Origin: the human T2T-CHM13v2.0 reference genome, Homo sapiens | Direction: 5' to 3' (one strand) | DNA: 64,000 nucleotides | Assembly: GCF_009914755.1 (NCBI RefSeq) | Contig: NC_060946.1 | In this document: piece after piece, positions 1 to 39,632 of the stretch | Layout: each line of letters begins with the position of its first letter | Position numbering within the stretch: position 1 is the stretch's first letter | Notes under the pieces: generated by a model | What the model was told of the DNA's origin: nothing | The model's database searches: none | What the model saw: the letters and a program-made list of their open reading frames with translations, nothing else | Program-made: the position numbers and the translations under genes

Positions 1-429
1 GGATTACAGGTGCACGCCACCGTGCCCAGCTAATTTTTTTGTATTTTTAATAGAGAAGGGATTTCACCATGTTGTCCAGGCTGGTCTTGACCTCCTGACC
101 TCAGGTGATCCACCCAACTCGGCCTCTGAAAGTGCTGGGAATACAGGTGTGAGCCACTGCGCCTGGCCTCCACTTCCCACATTTCTTAAGTCCGTGGCCC
201 AGACCTTCCTGCTTGACCGCCCCGGCCACCGCCCGGATTCCTCCTTGGCAAAGATGCCTCATCACAGTTTGGTGAACCCTCACTCCTCACCCTGCCACCC
301 CCACTGGGGACACTAAGTTCCCCGCCTTGTCCCACCCATCCCTACGGCCCCCTCCACCCAGGGAGGAGACTTTTCAGAGTGTGTTTGGGGAGGGAGTCGT
401 CTGTATGCTGGGCAGTCCTGGCCTACAGC

Positions 430-735
430 GGTGCTGGCCACGGAAACACCCAGGACTCAGGAATGAAGCACAAGTGTTTCCAGTCCCCACACGCTAAAAA
501 GGCGACAAGAACCGGTGAAAGTAATTTTAATATTCTATTTAATCCAGTGTAGCTAACATATTACTTCAACGCTGATTAACATAAAATTCTTCGCGAGATA
601 GTGAAGTTTCTTTTTCTTCTCACACTGAAATGAGTGGTGTATTTTTGATGTGCCGAGGTCTCTCATCAGAGCCCTGTTTCAGATGCTCAGTAGCGCCCTT
701 GGCCAGTGCCCCCCAATATGGGACAGCGCAGGTCC
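430..735. mobile_element. MER33-like hAT DNA transposon remnant (copies near 6790-7110, 20030-20590, 26890-27200, 45660-45810, 56040-56590)
   Basis: Motifs ggtgaaagtaattttaat...tttcagatgctcagtagc...ggacagcgcag resemble my recall of the MER33/MER3 consensus; one copy per duplicated domain unit; boundaries approximate. Confidence 0.55.
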
Positions 736-1489
736 AGTGGCCTCCCCAGTGGGGAACAAGGCGGACCCCAGAGGGCCAGGACACAGTAGGGGCTGAGGAT
801 GCCTGGTGAATGGATGCCTGGGAGAATGGATGCCAGAATTCACACACGAGGCCATGAACAGGGCTGGGAAAACTTCCAAACACAGGGAAGCACGTGTCTT
901 GGTGCACCTTGTGATGCTTCAACAGCAGGACTGAGACGGGGACATTTACAGTGAACAGAAATGTGTTGGCTCGAGTTCTGGACTCCAGGAAGTCCAACGT
1001 CAAGGCACCAGCAACTTTCCAGGGCCTGCGAGCTGCACAGTCACATGGGGGTGAAGGTTGTTGCCAGAAGCTCAGGGGATGCTCCAGACAGAGTGGCCTG
1101 GGATGTCGAGTCACTGGTGCTCCGTGACATGGGGACAAGAGGAAGCAGTTTAGTCTGACATACTGCCCCCCCAGCTAGAGGGCAAGAGACAGAAAGAGGG
1201 GCTGAGGTCACCTTTGAATAACCACAGCAGTGGCACCCACAAAGGTGCAGTCCCCACAGCCTCATAGCCTCTTCTAGGTGCCACCTCTTAAGGCCAGTAC
1301 CATAGCAATTAACACTGAAGGTCAGCTTGGAGCAGACAATCACTCAAACCAAACAGGGGGGATGGAGGAAAGGAGCTTCAATGGCAAGATCCCCTGGGCT
1401 CCTGTCCTGGCCCCTCCTCCCCCTGCCCCACCCCGCACCCCTCCTGTTCCCCCGTCCCAGAGCTTCCCCTGCCCCTGCTCCTCTCCCAG

Positions 1490-8735
<7,246 letters not shown>

Positions 8736-9001
8736 GGGGTCTCCCTGGGCCTCATGGTCTGTCTCTTCTAGCCTCCTGCTCATGCTGCACGGGCCTCCCC
8801 TCCATCCTGCACCAGCTGTGCTTTTGCCTGGTCATCCTGAGCCCCTCCTGGCCTCAGGGCCATTCCATAGTGCCCCCCTGCCTCACCACCTCCTCCCCGC
8901 TCTCCCAGGCTCTTCTTGTAGAGGCTCTCCATCCACCTCCCCAGTCCTGTTCCCCCAGCCTGGGTGCCCCTAACTTGACTCTTCCCATCTCCCCAGCATA
9001 A

Positions 9002-9361
<360 letters not shown>

Positions 9362-9367
9362 TAGTCT

Positions 9368-9651
9368 GGCCCTGGTGACTCACGCCTTTCGGAGGCAGAG
9401 GTGGGAGAATCGCTTGAGCCCAGAAGTTTGAGACCAGCCTGGGCCACACGACAAAGCCCCATTTCTACAAAAAAAAATACAAAAAAAAAGCCAGATGTGG
9501 TGGCATGCACCTGTAGTTTAAGCTACTTGGGAGGATGAAGTGGGAGGACTGCTTGAGCCGGGGAGGTGGAGGCTGGAGTAAACTGAGATCGCGCCACAGA
9601 ACTCCAGTTTGAGCAACAGATCAAGACCCTGCCTGAAAATAAATCAATAAA
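9368..9651 (+). mobile_element. Old Alu (AluJ-like, sense) in A3D 3'UTR
   Basis: ggccctggtgactcacgcc...gcttgagcccag...; tail contains AATAAA twice. Confidence 0.8.
9638..9651 (+). terminator. Candidate A3D poly(A) signals (AATAAA x2, from Alu tail); paralogous A3F signals at 30036-30053
   Basis: aataaatcaataaa about 900 nt after the stop codon. Confidence 0.6.
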
Positions 9652-9939
9652 TACACTCAACCTAAATGGATATGAATATATGTAAGTTGAAAACCAGTTT
9701 TGAGAAACATCCTTTGTAAGTTTCATCCTACGAATTGGGTCATTCATGTCCTACGCAGCTAAAACAGAGGCCAGCAGCCAGGGAGGAAAAGCAGTCAGGC
9801 CACACACCATTGCTCCCAAAATGGACTTATCTGCAAGCCTGACTCCTGAAACTGTGCATTGTACCCTGAAACCAGCTTTATCCATAGCTTCTGCCATAAA
9901 TGGCTGTAAGTCTTGGACTCCTTGCTCCAAACGCAGTGA

Positions 9940-12333
<2,394 letters not shown>

Positions 12334-12925
12334 ATTAATTAATTAATTAACTAATCATCTGTTGAAAAGGACCTGTCTCCAAATACAACCACACATTGAG
12401 GTAGAGGGGTTAGGGCTTCAGTATATTGATTTTTGGGAGAAACAGGGCAACATGGCAACAAGCCACAGTCACTGTGGGCGGGCCTGAGTGGGGAGTGCAG
12501 GGGTTCCTGTCCTGTGTGTCTGTCTCACAGGGGAGTCCTGACCTGACCCTCACAGCCCCTCCACCCAGACCTTCCTGCATGTTCCACCCAGCCCACCCTC
12601 CTGCACCCAAGAGCACCCAGCCCTCCCTTCTGCTCATGCCCCTCCCTTCTCAAATCCCTCCCAGCAGTGCAGCTCTGGGCTAGGACACAGCCTAGGGAAC
12701 GTGACTGAGAAAGAGCCAAGAAAACTTGATCAGTGATCAAGTTGGTGTTTAAGTAAGATTTTCAATAAAAAGTAGAATTGGGTACTACATGGAGGCTTGA
12801 GATGCTCAGAGCTTTTCGAGAAAGCAGAACAGAAAGTAGAAGGGCAACCAGGAACCAGAGGTGCCAGAGAACTGGAAGCGCGGGCCCTCCGAGGAGACAG
12901 GGAGTGGGCACCTGGGTCTTGGGCC

Positions 12926-14376
<1,451 letters not shown>

Positions 14377-14382
14377 AAGGCC

Positions 14383-16678
<2,296 letters not shown>

Positions 16679-16996
16679 TCAGCCCACCAGGGAGGAACTC
16701 CGGGCAGGAGATGGGGAAGAAGGAGAAGCAGGAAGGAAAGAGCTCAGTGTGGGGGCGCGCATGGCATCCCGGTGGGACATCTGAGGCCCACACCCACCTG
16801 CTGTCCCTCCCTCCCACGGTGGCCTCCGAGGGTGAAGGCCTGGGGAGAGGCAGACACCTGGCCCTTTACTCTCCCTCCCTGTCCCCATGGCCGCTGGGTG
16901 GGGGCCGTCTCTGGGATGATCCCCGAGGGCAGGATCCGGGAGTCCCTGCGGAGGCATCAGCCTGTCTGTCTTGATGGTGGAGAGGAGGCTCCAGCT

Positions 16997-17090
16997 GGGC
17001 GGGACCACCAGGGGAGGGGCTTGTGCTCTGCTGGCTCAGCCTGGTGTGGACCCACCTCGCGGGCGCTGGCTGCAATGACTTTCTCTTTCC
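16997..17090 (+). promoter_or_regulatory. A3F core promoter: GC box (16997-17003) and IRF/NFAT-type site actttctctttcc (17078-17090)
   Basis: GGGCGGG; reverse strand GGAAAGAGAAAGT fits GAAANNGAAA; consistent with the known TATA-less Sp1/IRF-driven A3F/G promoters. Confidence 0.65.
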
Positions 17091-17258
17091 CTTTGCAATT
17101 GCCTTGGGTCCTGCCGCACAGAGCGGCCTGTCTTTATCAGAGGTCCCTCTGCCAGGGGGAGGGCCCCAGAGAAAACCAGAAAGAGGGTGAGAGACTGAGG
17201 AAGATAAAGCGTCCCAGGGCCTCCTACACCAGCGCCTGAGCAGGAAGGGGGAGGGGCC

Positions 17259-17330
17259 ATGACTACGAGGCCCTGGGAGGTCACTTTAGGGAGGGCTGTC
17301 CTGAAACCTGGAGCCTGGAGCAGAAAGTGA
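17259..17330 (+). other. 23-codon uORF in A3F 5'UTR (MTTRPWEVTLGRAVLKPGAWSRK)
   Basis: gccATGact...aagTGA, ends 49 nt before the main ATG; paralogue at 53659-53730. Confidence 0.8.
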
Positions 17331-17379
17331 AACCCTGGTGCTCCAGACAAAGATCTTAGTCGGGACTAGCCGGCCAAGG

Positions 17380-29114
<11,735 letters not shown>

Positions 29115-29400
29115 GGGGTCTCCCCGGGCCTCATGGTCTGTCTCCTCTAGCCTCCTGCTCATGTTGTGCAGGCCTCCCCTCCATCCTGGACCAGCTGTGC
29201 TTTTGCCTGGTCATCCTGAGCCCCTCCTGGCCTCAGGGCCATTCCATAGTGCTCCCCTGCCTCACCACCTCCTCTCCGCTCTCCCAGGCTCTTCCTGCAG
29301 AGGCCTCTTTCTGCCTCCATGGCTATCCATCCACCCACCAAGACCCTGTTCCCTGAGCCTGCATGCCCCTAACCTGCCTTTTCCCATCTCCCCAGCATAA

Positions 29401-29730
<330 letters not shown>

Positions 29731-29768
29731 TAAACTCACCCTAGGCTGGCCGCGGTGACTCATGCCTA

Positions 29769-30041
<273 letters not shown>

Positions 30042-30342
30042 TCAATAAATAAACTCAACCGAAATGGGTATGAAAGTTGAAATGGGTATGTAAGTTGAAA
30101 ACCAGAAGTTTTGAGAAACATCCTTTGTTAACTTTCATCCTACAAATTGGGTCATTCATGTCCTACGCAGCTAAAACAGAGCCCAGGAGCCAGGGAGGAA
30201 AAGCAGTCAGGCCACACACCATTGCTCCCAAAATGGACTTCTCTGCAAGCCTGACTCCTGAAACTGTGCATTGTACCCTGAAACCAGCTTTATCCATAGC
30301 TTCTGCAATAAATGGCTGTAAGTCTTGGACTCCTTGCTATAA

Positions 30343-30854
<512 letters not shown>

Positions 30855-31391
30855 TGACCAGGCTGGTCTTGAACTCCTGACCTCGTGATCCACCCGTCTC
30901 GGCCTCCCAAAGTGCTGGGATTACAGGCGTGAGCCACCTGGCCAGGCTTAGGCTGGTCTTAAACTCCTGACCTCAAGTGATCCAACCTCCTTGGCCTCCC
31001 AAATTGCTGGGATTGCTGGTGTGAGCCACAGCGCCTAGCCCATTTCTCCTTTTAATAGGACCTGTTGCTGTCTCTGTTCTCCCAACATGGTGAACACCAC
31101 CCGGACTGCGTGTATGTCCCAAATTACAATTCTTTCTTTGCAAATGAAATGTGAAATTTAGAGGCCCTTCTCCACACTTTAAATTTGACTTGACATTTTC
31201 TAGGCAGATATAAGTTATTAGAGAATGAGATTCTCTATAAAAATGATCCCTTCATGCTGTGGCCTCCACAGAAGATGCCCTGGGCCAGGTGCCCACATGA
31301 ATAATGCGGGCCACAGGCAGGCATTTATTTTCTCACAGATATGGAGGCTACAAGTCCAAGGTGGAGGGGTCGGCGGGGTTGTTTGCTCTGA

Positions 31392-31911
<520 letters not shown>

Positions 31912-31987
31912 TGAGTAGCTGGGATTACAGATGCCCAGAACCAATCTCTGCTAATTTTTCTATTTTTTAGTAGAGATGGGGTTTCAC

Positions 31988-32432
31988 TGAGGAAGGAGAC
32001 CACCTCTCTCATTGTCTCCTATTTCAGAAGGAAGCAAAAAGTTAGAAAGATGCAGAAGTAAGATCAATGGCCAGACTGTTTGGCGCTGCTACCTGGGCCT
32101 GGTAGTTAAAGATCAACTCCTGACCTGACCGCTTGTTTTATCTAAAGATTCCAGACATTGTATGAGGAAGCATTGTGAAACTTTCTGGTCTGTTCTGCTA
32201 GCCCCCACCACTGATGCATGTAGCCCCCCAGTCACGTAGCCCACGCTTGCACAATCTATCACGACCCTTTCACGTGGACCCCTTAGAATTGTAAGCCCTT
32301 AAAAGGGCCAGGGACTTCTTCAGGGAGCTCCAATCTTCAGATGCAAGTCTGTCAACGCTCCCAGCTGATTAAAGCCTCTTCCTTCCTAAAACTGGTGTCT
32401 GAGAGGTTTTGTCTGCAACCGTTCCTGCTACA
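31988..32432 (+). mobile_element. Solo ERV1 LTR (LTR2/LTR15-like, HERV-E/Harlequin group) inserted in an Alu
   Basis: TGaggaaggagaccacc...cctgctaCA termini; 4-bp TSD tcac; cttaaaag box and ATTAAA at 32368-32373; absent from the paralogous Alus near 11575 and 48045. Confidence 0.8.
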
Positions 32433-33402
32433 TCACCATGTACATTCCAGGCGAGGCTGGTCTCGAATTCCTGACGCCCACCTCTGCCTCCTAAAGTGCT
32501 GGGATTAAAGGCATGAGCCATGGCACCTGGTCGACCTTCTCCTTTATGGACCCCAGACAAATTAATTTGTGCCCACACTAGAGGTCTCATTTAAATTAAT
32601 CATCTTGGTCGGGCGTGGTGGCTCACGCCTGTAATCCTAGCACTTTGGGAGGCTAAGGCAGGCAGATCACTTGAGGTCAGTGTCACACGTGTCCATGTGA
32701 AGAGACCACCAACAGGTTTTGTGTGAGCAACAAGGCTGTTTATTTCACCTGGGTGCAGGTGGGCTGAACCAGAAAAAGGAGTCAGCAAAGGGTGGTGGGA
32801 TTATCATTAGTTCTTACAGGTTTGGGATAAACCTATCCCAAACCTATAAGTGTACATTCTTAAAGGCATACAAAGTACATTCTTAAGTGTGGGGGAGAAT
32901 ATTACAAAGTACCTTCTTAAGGGCAGGGGAGACTATATGGTATCAGTTGGGGTGGGGCAGGAACAAATCACAATGGTGGAATGTCATCAGTTAAGGCTAT
33001 TTTCGCTTTTTTTTGTGGATCTTCAGTTGTTTCAGGCCATCTGGATGTATACATGCAGGTCACAGGGGATATGATGGCTTAGCTTGGGCTCAGAGGCCAG
33101 ACATTCCTGTCTTCTTATATGAATAAGAAAAAACAAAATAGTGGTGAAGTGTTGGGGTGGCGAAAATTTTGGGGGGTGGTATGGAGAGATAATGGGCGAT
33201 GTTTCTCATGGCTGCTTCAAGCGGGATTAGGGGCAGCGTGGGAACCTGTGGTGGGAGAGATTAAGCTGAAGAAAGATTTTGGGGTAAGGTGATATTTTGG
33301 AGTTGTTAGAAGGAGCATTTGTCGTATAGAATTATTGGTGATGGCCTGGATGCGGTTTTGTATGAATTGAGAAACTAAACGGAAGACACAAGGTCTGAAT
33401 AA

Positions 33403-33731
<329 letters not shown>

Positions 33732-33778
33732 AGAAAAATAGGTATTAAAGGACTAAGAATTGGGAGTACCCAGAACAT

Positions 33779-34009
33779 CTAATTAGACAGTGTCCAAGGG
33801 GGTTCAACATAATTATTTGCTTGGTTGGTGAGTTTTTGGCCTCTATCCTTGAATTTTTTTATGTTGTCATATACCTGTCCAGATTGATTTAGGTAAAAAC
33901 AACACTCTTCGTTTAAAAATATACAGAGTCCTCTTTTTTTTAGCAGTGAGTAAGTCGATGCCTCGGCAATTTTGGAGGAAAGAGAAATGCAAAGCCAGCA
34001 ATTGTTCAT
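33779..34009 (-). pseudogene. HERV-H env (TM) remnant
   Basis: GLCIFLNEECCFYLNQSG, the CX6CC motif. Confidence 0.8.
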
Positions 34010-34229
34010 TTAAGAAGGATTAGAAATGGCTAAGAGAGAGTTTGATAGTGTGGTGGAGATAGCTGGGGAGAGGTAGAGGGTAGCATAAGAACGGAACCAG
34101 AATAAGAGTGAGTATAAAAGTAAAGAATAGGACTTCATCAGGGTGAAAGTACTGGAGGGTACCTTGCCACTGAAGATCTTCTATCGACTTCAAGAGCGAC
34201 TTAAGGGTGGTGATTTGAAGTAAAACCAG

Positions 34230-36931
34230 GAGCCTCCAAATACCAAGAGCCTGAGAACCTTCTTGGGTGATTTGACTAATAAAGGCCGGTGCGTTATCAG
34301 ACTGTATAGAGGTGGGAAGGACAAACCCAGGAATTCTGTCTAAAAGAAAGGAAGAAATGATCACGGTGGACTTCTCAGACCCTGTGGGAAAGGCCTCTAC
34401 CCATCCAGTGAAAGTGTCTACACAGACCAAGAGGTATTTTAGTTTCCTGACTCAGGGCATGTGAGTAGTCAATTTGCCAGTCCTGGGCAGGGCCAAATCC
34501 CAGAGCTTGATGTGTAGGGAAGGGAGGGGGCCTGAACAATCCCTGAGGAGTAATAGAATAGCAGATGGAACACTGAGAAGTGATTTCCTTGAGGATAGAT
34601 TTCCACAATGGAAAGGAAATGAGAGGTTCTAAGAGGCAGGCTAGTGGCATGTAACCTACATGGAAGAGGTTATGAAAGGACGACAGAATAGACTGGGCCT
34701 GTGAGGCTGGAAGGAGATATTTTTCTTGGTCCAAGAACCATTTGCCTTGTGTGGGAAGAGATTGATAGGTGGAAGTTTCGGTGGGGGAGTAGGTGGGAGT
34801 GACTGATGAGAAGGAGAAAAACCGGCCATGAGGGACAGAAGTTGGAATGCTAGCTGCTTCTTTAGCATTGCCCTGAGCGATGGGATCCGATGCCTTTTGA
34901 TGGCCCTTGCAGTGAATGACTCCAGCTTCCTTTGGAAGTAAAGCAGCTTTAAGAAGACTTTTTATTAAGGAGGCATTGATGATGGAGGACCCTTGCGTAG
35001 TGAGGAAACCTCTTTCTGCCCATATAACAGCATGGTGGTACAGGATATGGAAGGCATATTTAGAGTCAGTATAAATATTGATGTGTAGTCCCTTTGCAAG
35101 AGTGAGGGCCTGAGTTAAGGCAATGAGTTTGGCTTGCTGAGAAGTAGTGGAGTGGGGCAGAGTGGTAGCCTCAAGGATAAATATGGAAGATACTATAGCA
35201 TAGCCTGCCTTTGCTGGTGAGTGGCAATTAGGCCTGATGGAACTGCCATCAATAAACCAAGTGTGATCAGGGTGAGGAACAGGAAAGAAGGAAATATGGG
35301 GAAATGGAGTGAATGCCAGGTGTATCAGAGAGATACAGTCATGGGTGTCAAGTGTGGTATCAGGAATAATGTGGGAGGCCAGATTGAAGTCTGGGCCAGG
35401 AACAATGGTAATTTTGGGAGACTCAACAAAGAGTGAGTATAGCTGAAGGAGCCGGAGAGCAGAAAGTATATGCATCAGGTGTGAGGAAGAAAATAGATTT
35501 TGGAAGTTATAAGAACTGTAGAGAGTGAGTTGAGCACAGTTTGTGATTTCAAGGGCCTCTAAAAGTATTAAGGCAGTGGCAGCTGCTGCACAGAGACATG
35601 ATGGCCAGCCTAAAACAGTAAGGTCAAGTTGTTTGGACAAAAAGGCTACAGGGCACAGTAGCCTTGTGTAGGAATCCTGGTCCTTGTGTAAAAATTCCGA
35701 CTGCACAGCCCTGTACTTTGGCTGTGTGTAATGAAAAGGGTTGGGATGAGTCAGGGAGAGCTAGTGTGGGAGCAGTCTCTAAAGCTGTCTTCAAGGAACG
35801 GAAAGAGGAGTAGGGAAAGGATTTAGGATCTATGGGGTCAGCTAGGTTTCCCTTTATGAGTTTACATTAGGTTTTGTTAGTACGGCAAAACCAGGTATCC
35901 AAAGATGAAAGTATCCAACCATGCCCAGGAAGGAAAGAAGTTGTTTTTTTGTAGAAGGGGTTGGAGTTTGAGAGATTAGCCAGACATGATTGGCAGGGAG
36001 AACATGCATGTTTTCATGAAGAATTATGCTGAGGTAGGTAACGGATGGGGAAGAAATTTGAGCTTTGGAGGGGGGATACCTGATATCCTCTGGAGAATAA
36101 ATGTTGAAGGAGCAGGAGGGTATCTTACTGAGAAGACTCAAAGGAGGGACTACAAAGTAAAAGGTCATCCATGTATTGAATAAGGTGGGAAGCAGAGGGG
36201 TGGAAAGAAAGTAAATCACGAGAAAGGGCTTGGCTGAAGTAATGAGGGCTGTCCCTGAAGCCTTGTGGCACTATAGCCCAGGTAAGCTGCTGGGACTGAC
36301 GTGTGTCAGGGTCAGTCCAGGTAAAAGCAAAGAGAGGCTGGGATGAAGGGTGCAAAGGAATAGTAAAGAAACCATGTTTGAGATCCAGGACAGAATAATG
36401 GGTTGTGGAGGGAGGTATTGAGGATAGGAGAGTATATGGATTTGGCACCATAGGGTGGATAGGCAAGACAATGTGGTTGATAAGGCACAGATCCTGAACT
36501 AACCTATAAGGCTTGTCCAGTTTTTGCACAGGTAAAAGGGGGGAATTGTAAGGAGAGTTTATAGGCTTTAAAAGGCCATGCTGTAACGGGTGAGTGATAA
36601 CAGGCTTTAATCCTTTTAAAGTGTGCTGTGGGATAGGATATTGGCATTGAGCAGGGTAAGGGTGATTAGGTTTTAATGGGATGGTAAGGGGTGCATGATC
36701 AGTCACTAAGGAGGGAGTAGAGGTGTCCCATACTTGTGGATTAAGGTAGGAAGACACAAGGGGAGGACGTGAAGGAGGCTCTGAACTGGGGAAAAGGGCG
36801 GCAATGAGGTGTGGCTGTAGCCCAGGAGTAGTCAGGGAAGAAGAAAATTTGGTTAAAGTGTCCTGACCTAATAAGGGAGCTGGGCAGGTGGGGATAAATA
36901 AAAAAAGAGTGCATAAAAGAATGTTGTCCAA
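34230..36931 (-). pseudogene. HERV-H pol remnants (RT, RNase H, partial integrase), frameshifted
   Basis: LVQDL, VLDLK..FF, PQGFRDSP, YMDDLLL; WFIDGS, IYTDSKY, HCKGHQ; VDTFTGWVEAFP, IQSDN, split across frames. Confidence 0.9.
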
Positions 36932-37187
36932 GTTGGCGCCAGAGTTGGGGAGTTAAGAATGTTGTCCCAGTTGGCGCCAGAGTTGGGGAGTTTTAAGAGG
37001 TTTAGAAGCCTGGCTGTCAATACCCACAACAGTTATGGAGGCAAGGGAAACAGGCCTTTGAAAAGAAGGTAATGTGGAGTGGGTAGCCTCCGTATTGATC
37101 AAGAAGGGGACAGACTTACCCTCCACTGTAAGAGTTACTCAAAGCGTCCGTGATGGTCCAGGAGGCTTCTGAGGCAATCGGACAGCG

Positions 37188-38420
37188 TCAGTCTTCAGCC
37201 ACTAAGCCGAGAAGATCCGGGAAGGAGTCAGTCAGAGAACCTTGAGCCAGAGTTCGAGGGGCTCTGGGACTGTCTGCTGGGCGAGTTGGACAGTCCGATT
37301 TCCAGTGGGGTCCTGCACAGGTGGGGCATGGCTTAGGAGGAATCCTGGGCTGTGGGCATTCCTTGCCCCAGTGGCCAGATTTCTGGCACTTGAAGCAAGA
37401 TCCTGGGGAAGGCAGTCCTGGAGGAATGCCTGACCCTTGCAGTTTAGGCGTTCTGAAGTTCTTGTGTGCTGGAGATGTGGCTGGGGTTTCTCTCACAGAA
37501 GAGGCAAGTAATCGCAACTCTTCTCTATTATTGTACACCTTGAAGGTGAGGTTAATTAAGTCCTGTTGTGGGGTTGAGGGCCAGAATCCAATTTTTGGAG
37601 CTTTTTCTAATGTCAGGAGCGGATTGGGTAATAAAATGCATATTGAGAATATGACGGCCTTCTGGCCCCTCTGGGTCTAGGGCGGTAAAGCATCTAAGGG
37701 TTGTTGCCAAACGGGCCATGGACTGAGCGGGGTTTTCATATTTGATGAAAAAGAGCCTAAACACTAACTGATTTGGGAGAGGTTGGGTAAAGAAAAAGGA
37801 GCATTAACCTTGGCTATGCCTTCAGCTCCAGCCACCTCTCTAAGAGGAAACTGTTGGGCAGGTGGGGGAGGGCTAGACGCAGAACAAAACTGTAAGCCAG
37901 ACCCGGTGTGAGGAGGGGAAGTGATAGAAGGATTATAGGGTGGGGGAGCAGAGGCTGGCGAAGAGTTGGGACCTGGCTCAGCCTGGCGAGGAGCAGCCTG
38001 AGGAGAAGAGGAGAGGTCAGATGAGTCTGTGGAAAAGGAGGATTCAAAGGACTCAGAGCTTGGGGTGGAGACTGAAGGAACAGACAGGAGAGAAAGAAGA
38101 AAGTTTTGGGATGAGTCTCATCAGGAGCAGAGATTAGGAAGGGACTGAAGTGTAAAAGAATGCCTGGACATCAGATACCTCAGACCATTTGTCCATTTTA
38201 TGACAAGAATTATCTAGATCTTGTGGGATGGAGAAATTGAAAGTGCCATTTTCTGGCTATTTGGAATCATTGTCGAGTTTGTACTGGGGCCAAGCGGTGT
38301 TGCAGAAGAAAATAAGACGCTTAGGTTTCAGTTCAGGTCTGAGTTGAAGAGGTTTTAAGTCTTTGAGAACACAGGCTAAGGGAGAAGAAGGAGGAATGGA
38401 GGGTGGAAGGTTGCCCATAG
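37188..38420 (-). pseudogene. HERV-H gag remnants
   Basis: MGNLPPSIPPSSPL start; zinc knuckles CFKCQKSGHWGKEC and CPTCAGPHWKSDC. Confidence 0.85.
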
Positions 38421-39449
38421 TGAAGGAGGCAAGCCCAGAGAACAGAGAGGGTAGAGACACGGAGAAGAGGGGGTAGTGAGCAGCCCTGGGCTGCAATGTG
38501 GGTGAGCAGCCAAAGCAGGCATCCCCACAATTGACTGACCACCAAGGGAATGTGGGTGAATAATCAGGCAGGCGTCCCCGTGGAGATCAGACACCAATGG
38601 AGTGTGGGTGAATAATCAGGCAGGCGTCCCCGCGGTGATTAAACACCAAGGAAAGGCTGTCTTCCCGAGTCCGTGACTGGCGCCGGAGTTTTGGGTCCAT
38701 GGATAAAATGTGTCTCCTTGTCTCTACTAGAGAAGAAAAAGAACTGGAATTGGAAGGACAGGAAGATTGAAGGGTAGCGAGAGAGGAAGGCTGGAGGGTA
38801 GTGAGAGAGGCTGGAGAAGAGCGAAAAGACCACTTACCTGATTTGAAATTGGTGAGATGTTCCTTTGGCTGGTTGGTCTGAGGACCCGAGTTGTAGGTGG
38901 ATCTCCTCACCCAGTGAAGGTGAGGACAGGGGACCGGTCTCCCGAAGGAGTCCTCCCGTCCCGAGTTTTGGCACCAAACGTCACGCACGTCTGTGTGAAG
39001 AGACCACCAACAGGCTTTGTGTGAGCAACAAGGCTGTTTATTTCATCTGGGTGTGGGCGGGCTGAGTCCGAAAAAGGACTCAGCAAATGGTGGTGGGATC
39101 ATCATTAGTTCTTATAGGTTTGGGATAGGCGTACAAAGTACAGTCTCAAGAGTGGGGACAATATTACAAAGTACATTCTCAAGACTGGGGAGAATATTAC
39201 AAAGTACCTTCTTAAGGGCGGGGGAGAATATATCATATCAGTTAGGGTGGGGCAGGAAAAAATCACAATGGTGGAATGTCATCAGTTAAGGTTATTTTCA
39301 CTTATTTTGTGGATCTTCAGTTGCTTCAGGCCAGGTGGATGTATATGTGCAGGTCACAGGGGATATGATGGCTTAGCTTCAGCTCAGAGGCCTGACAGTC
39401 AGGAGTTCAAAACAAGCCTGGTCAACATGGTGAAACCCCGTCTCTACTA

Positions 39450-39632
<183 letters not shown>

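Noticed and set aside
34375-35706. 443-aa ORF as a possible domesticated gene
   Set aside because: It is a HERV-H RNase H-integrase fragment bounded by frameshifts; the sequence alone gives no sign of selection.
36917-36992. 38-bp tandem duplication in the HERV-H pro region
   Set aside because: Real, but an ordinary two-copy slippage event in a dead provirus; not an array.
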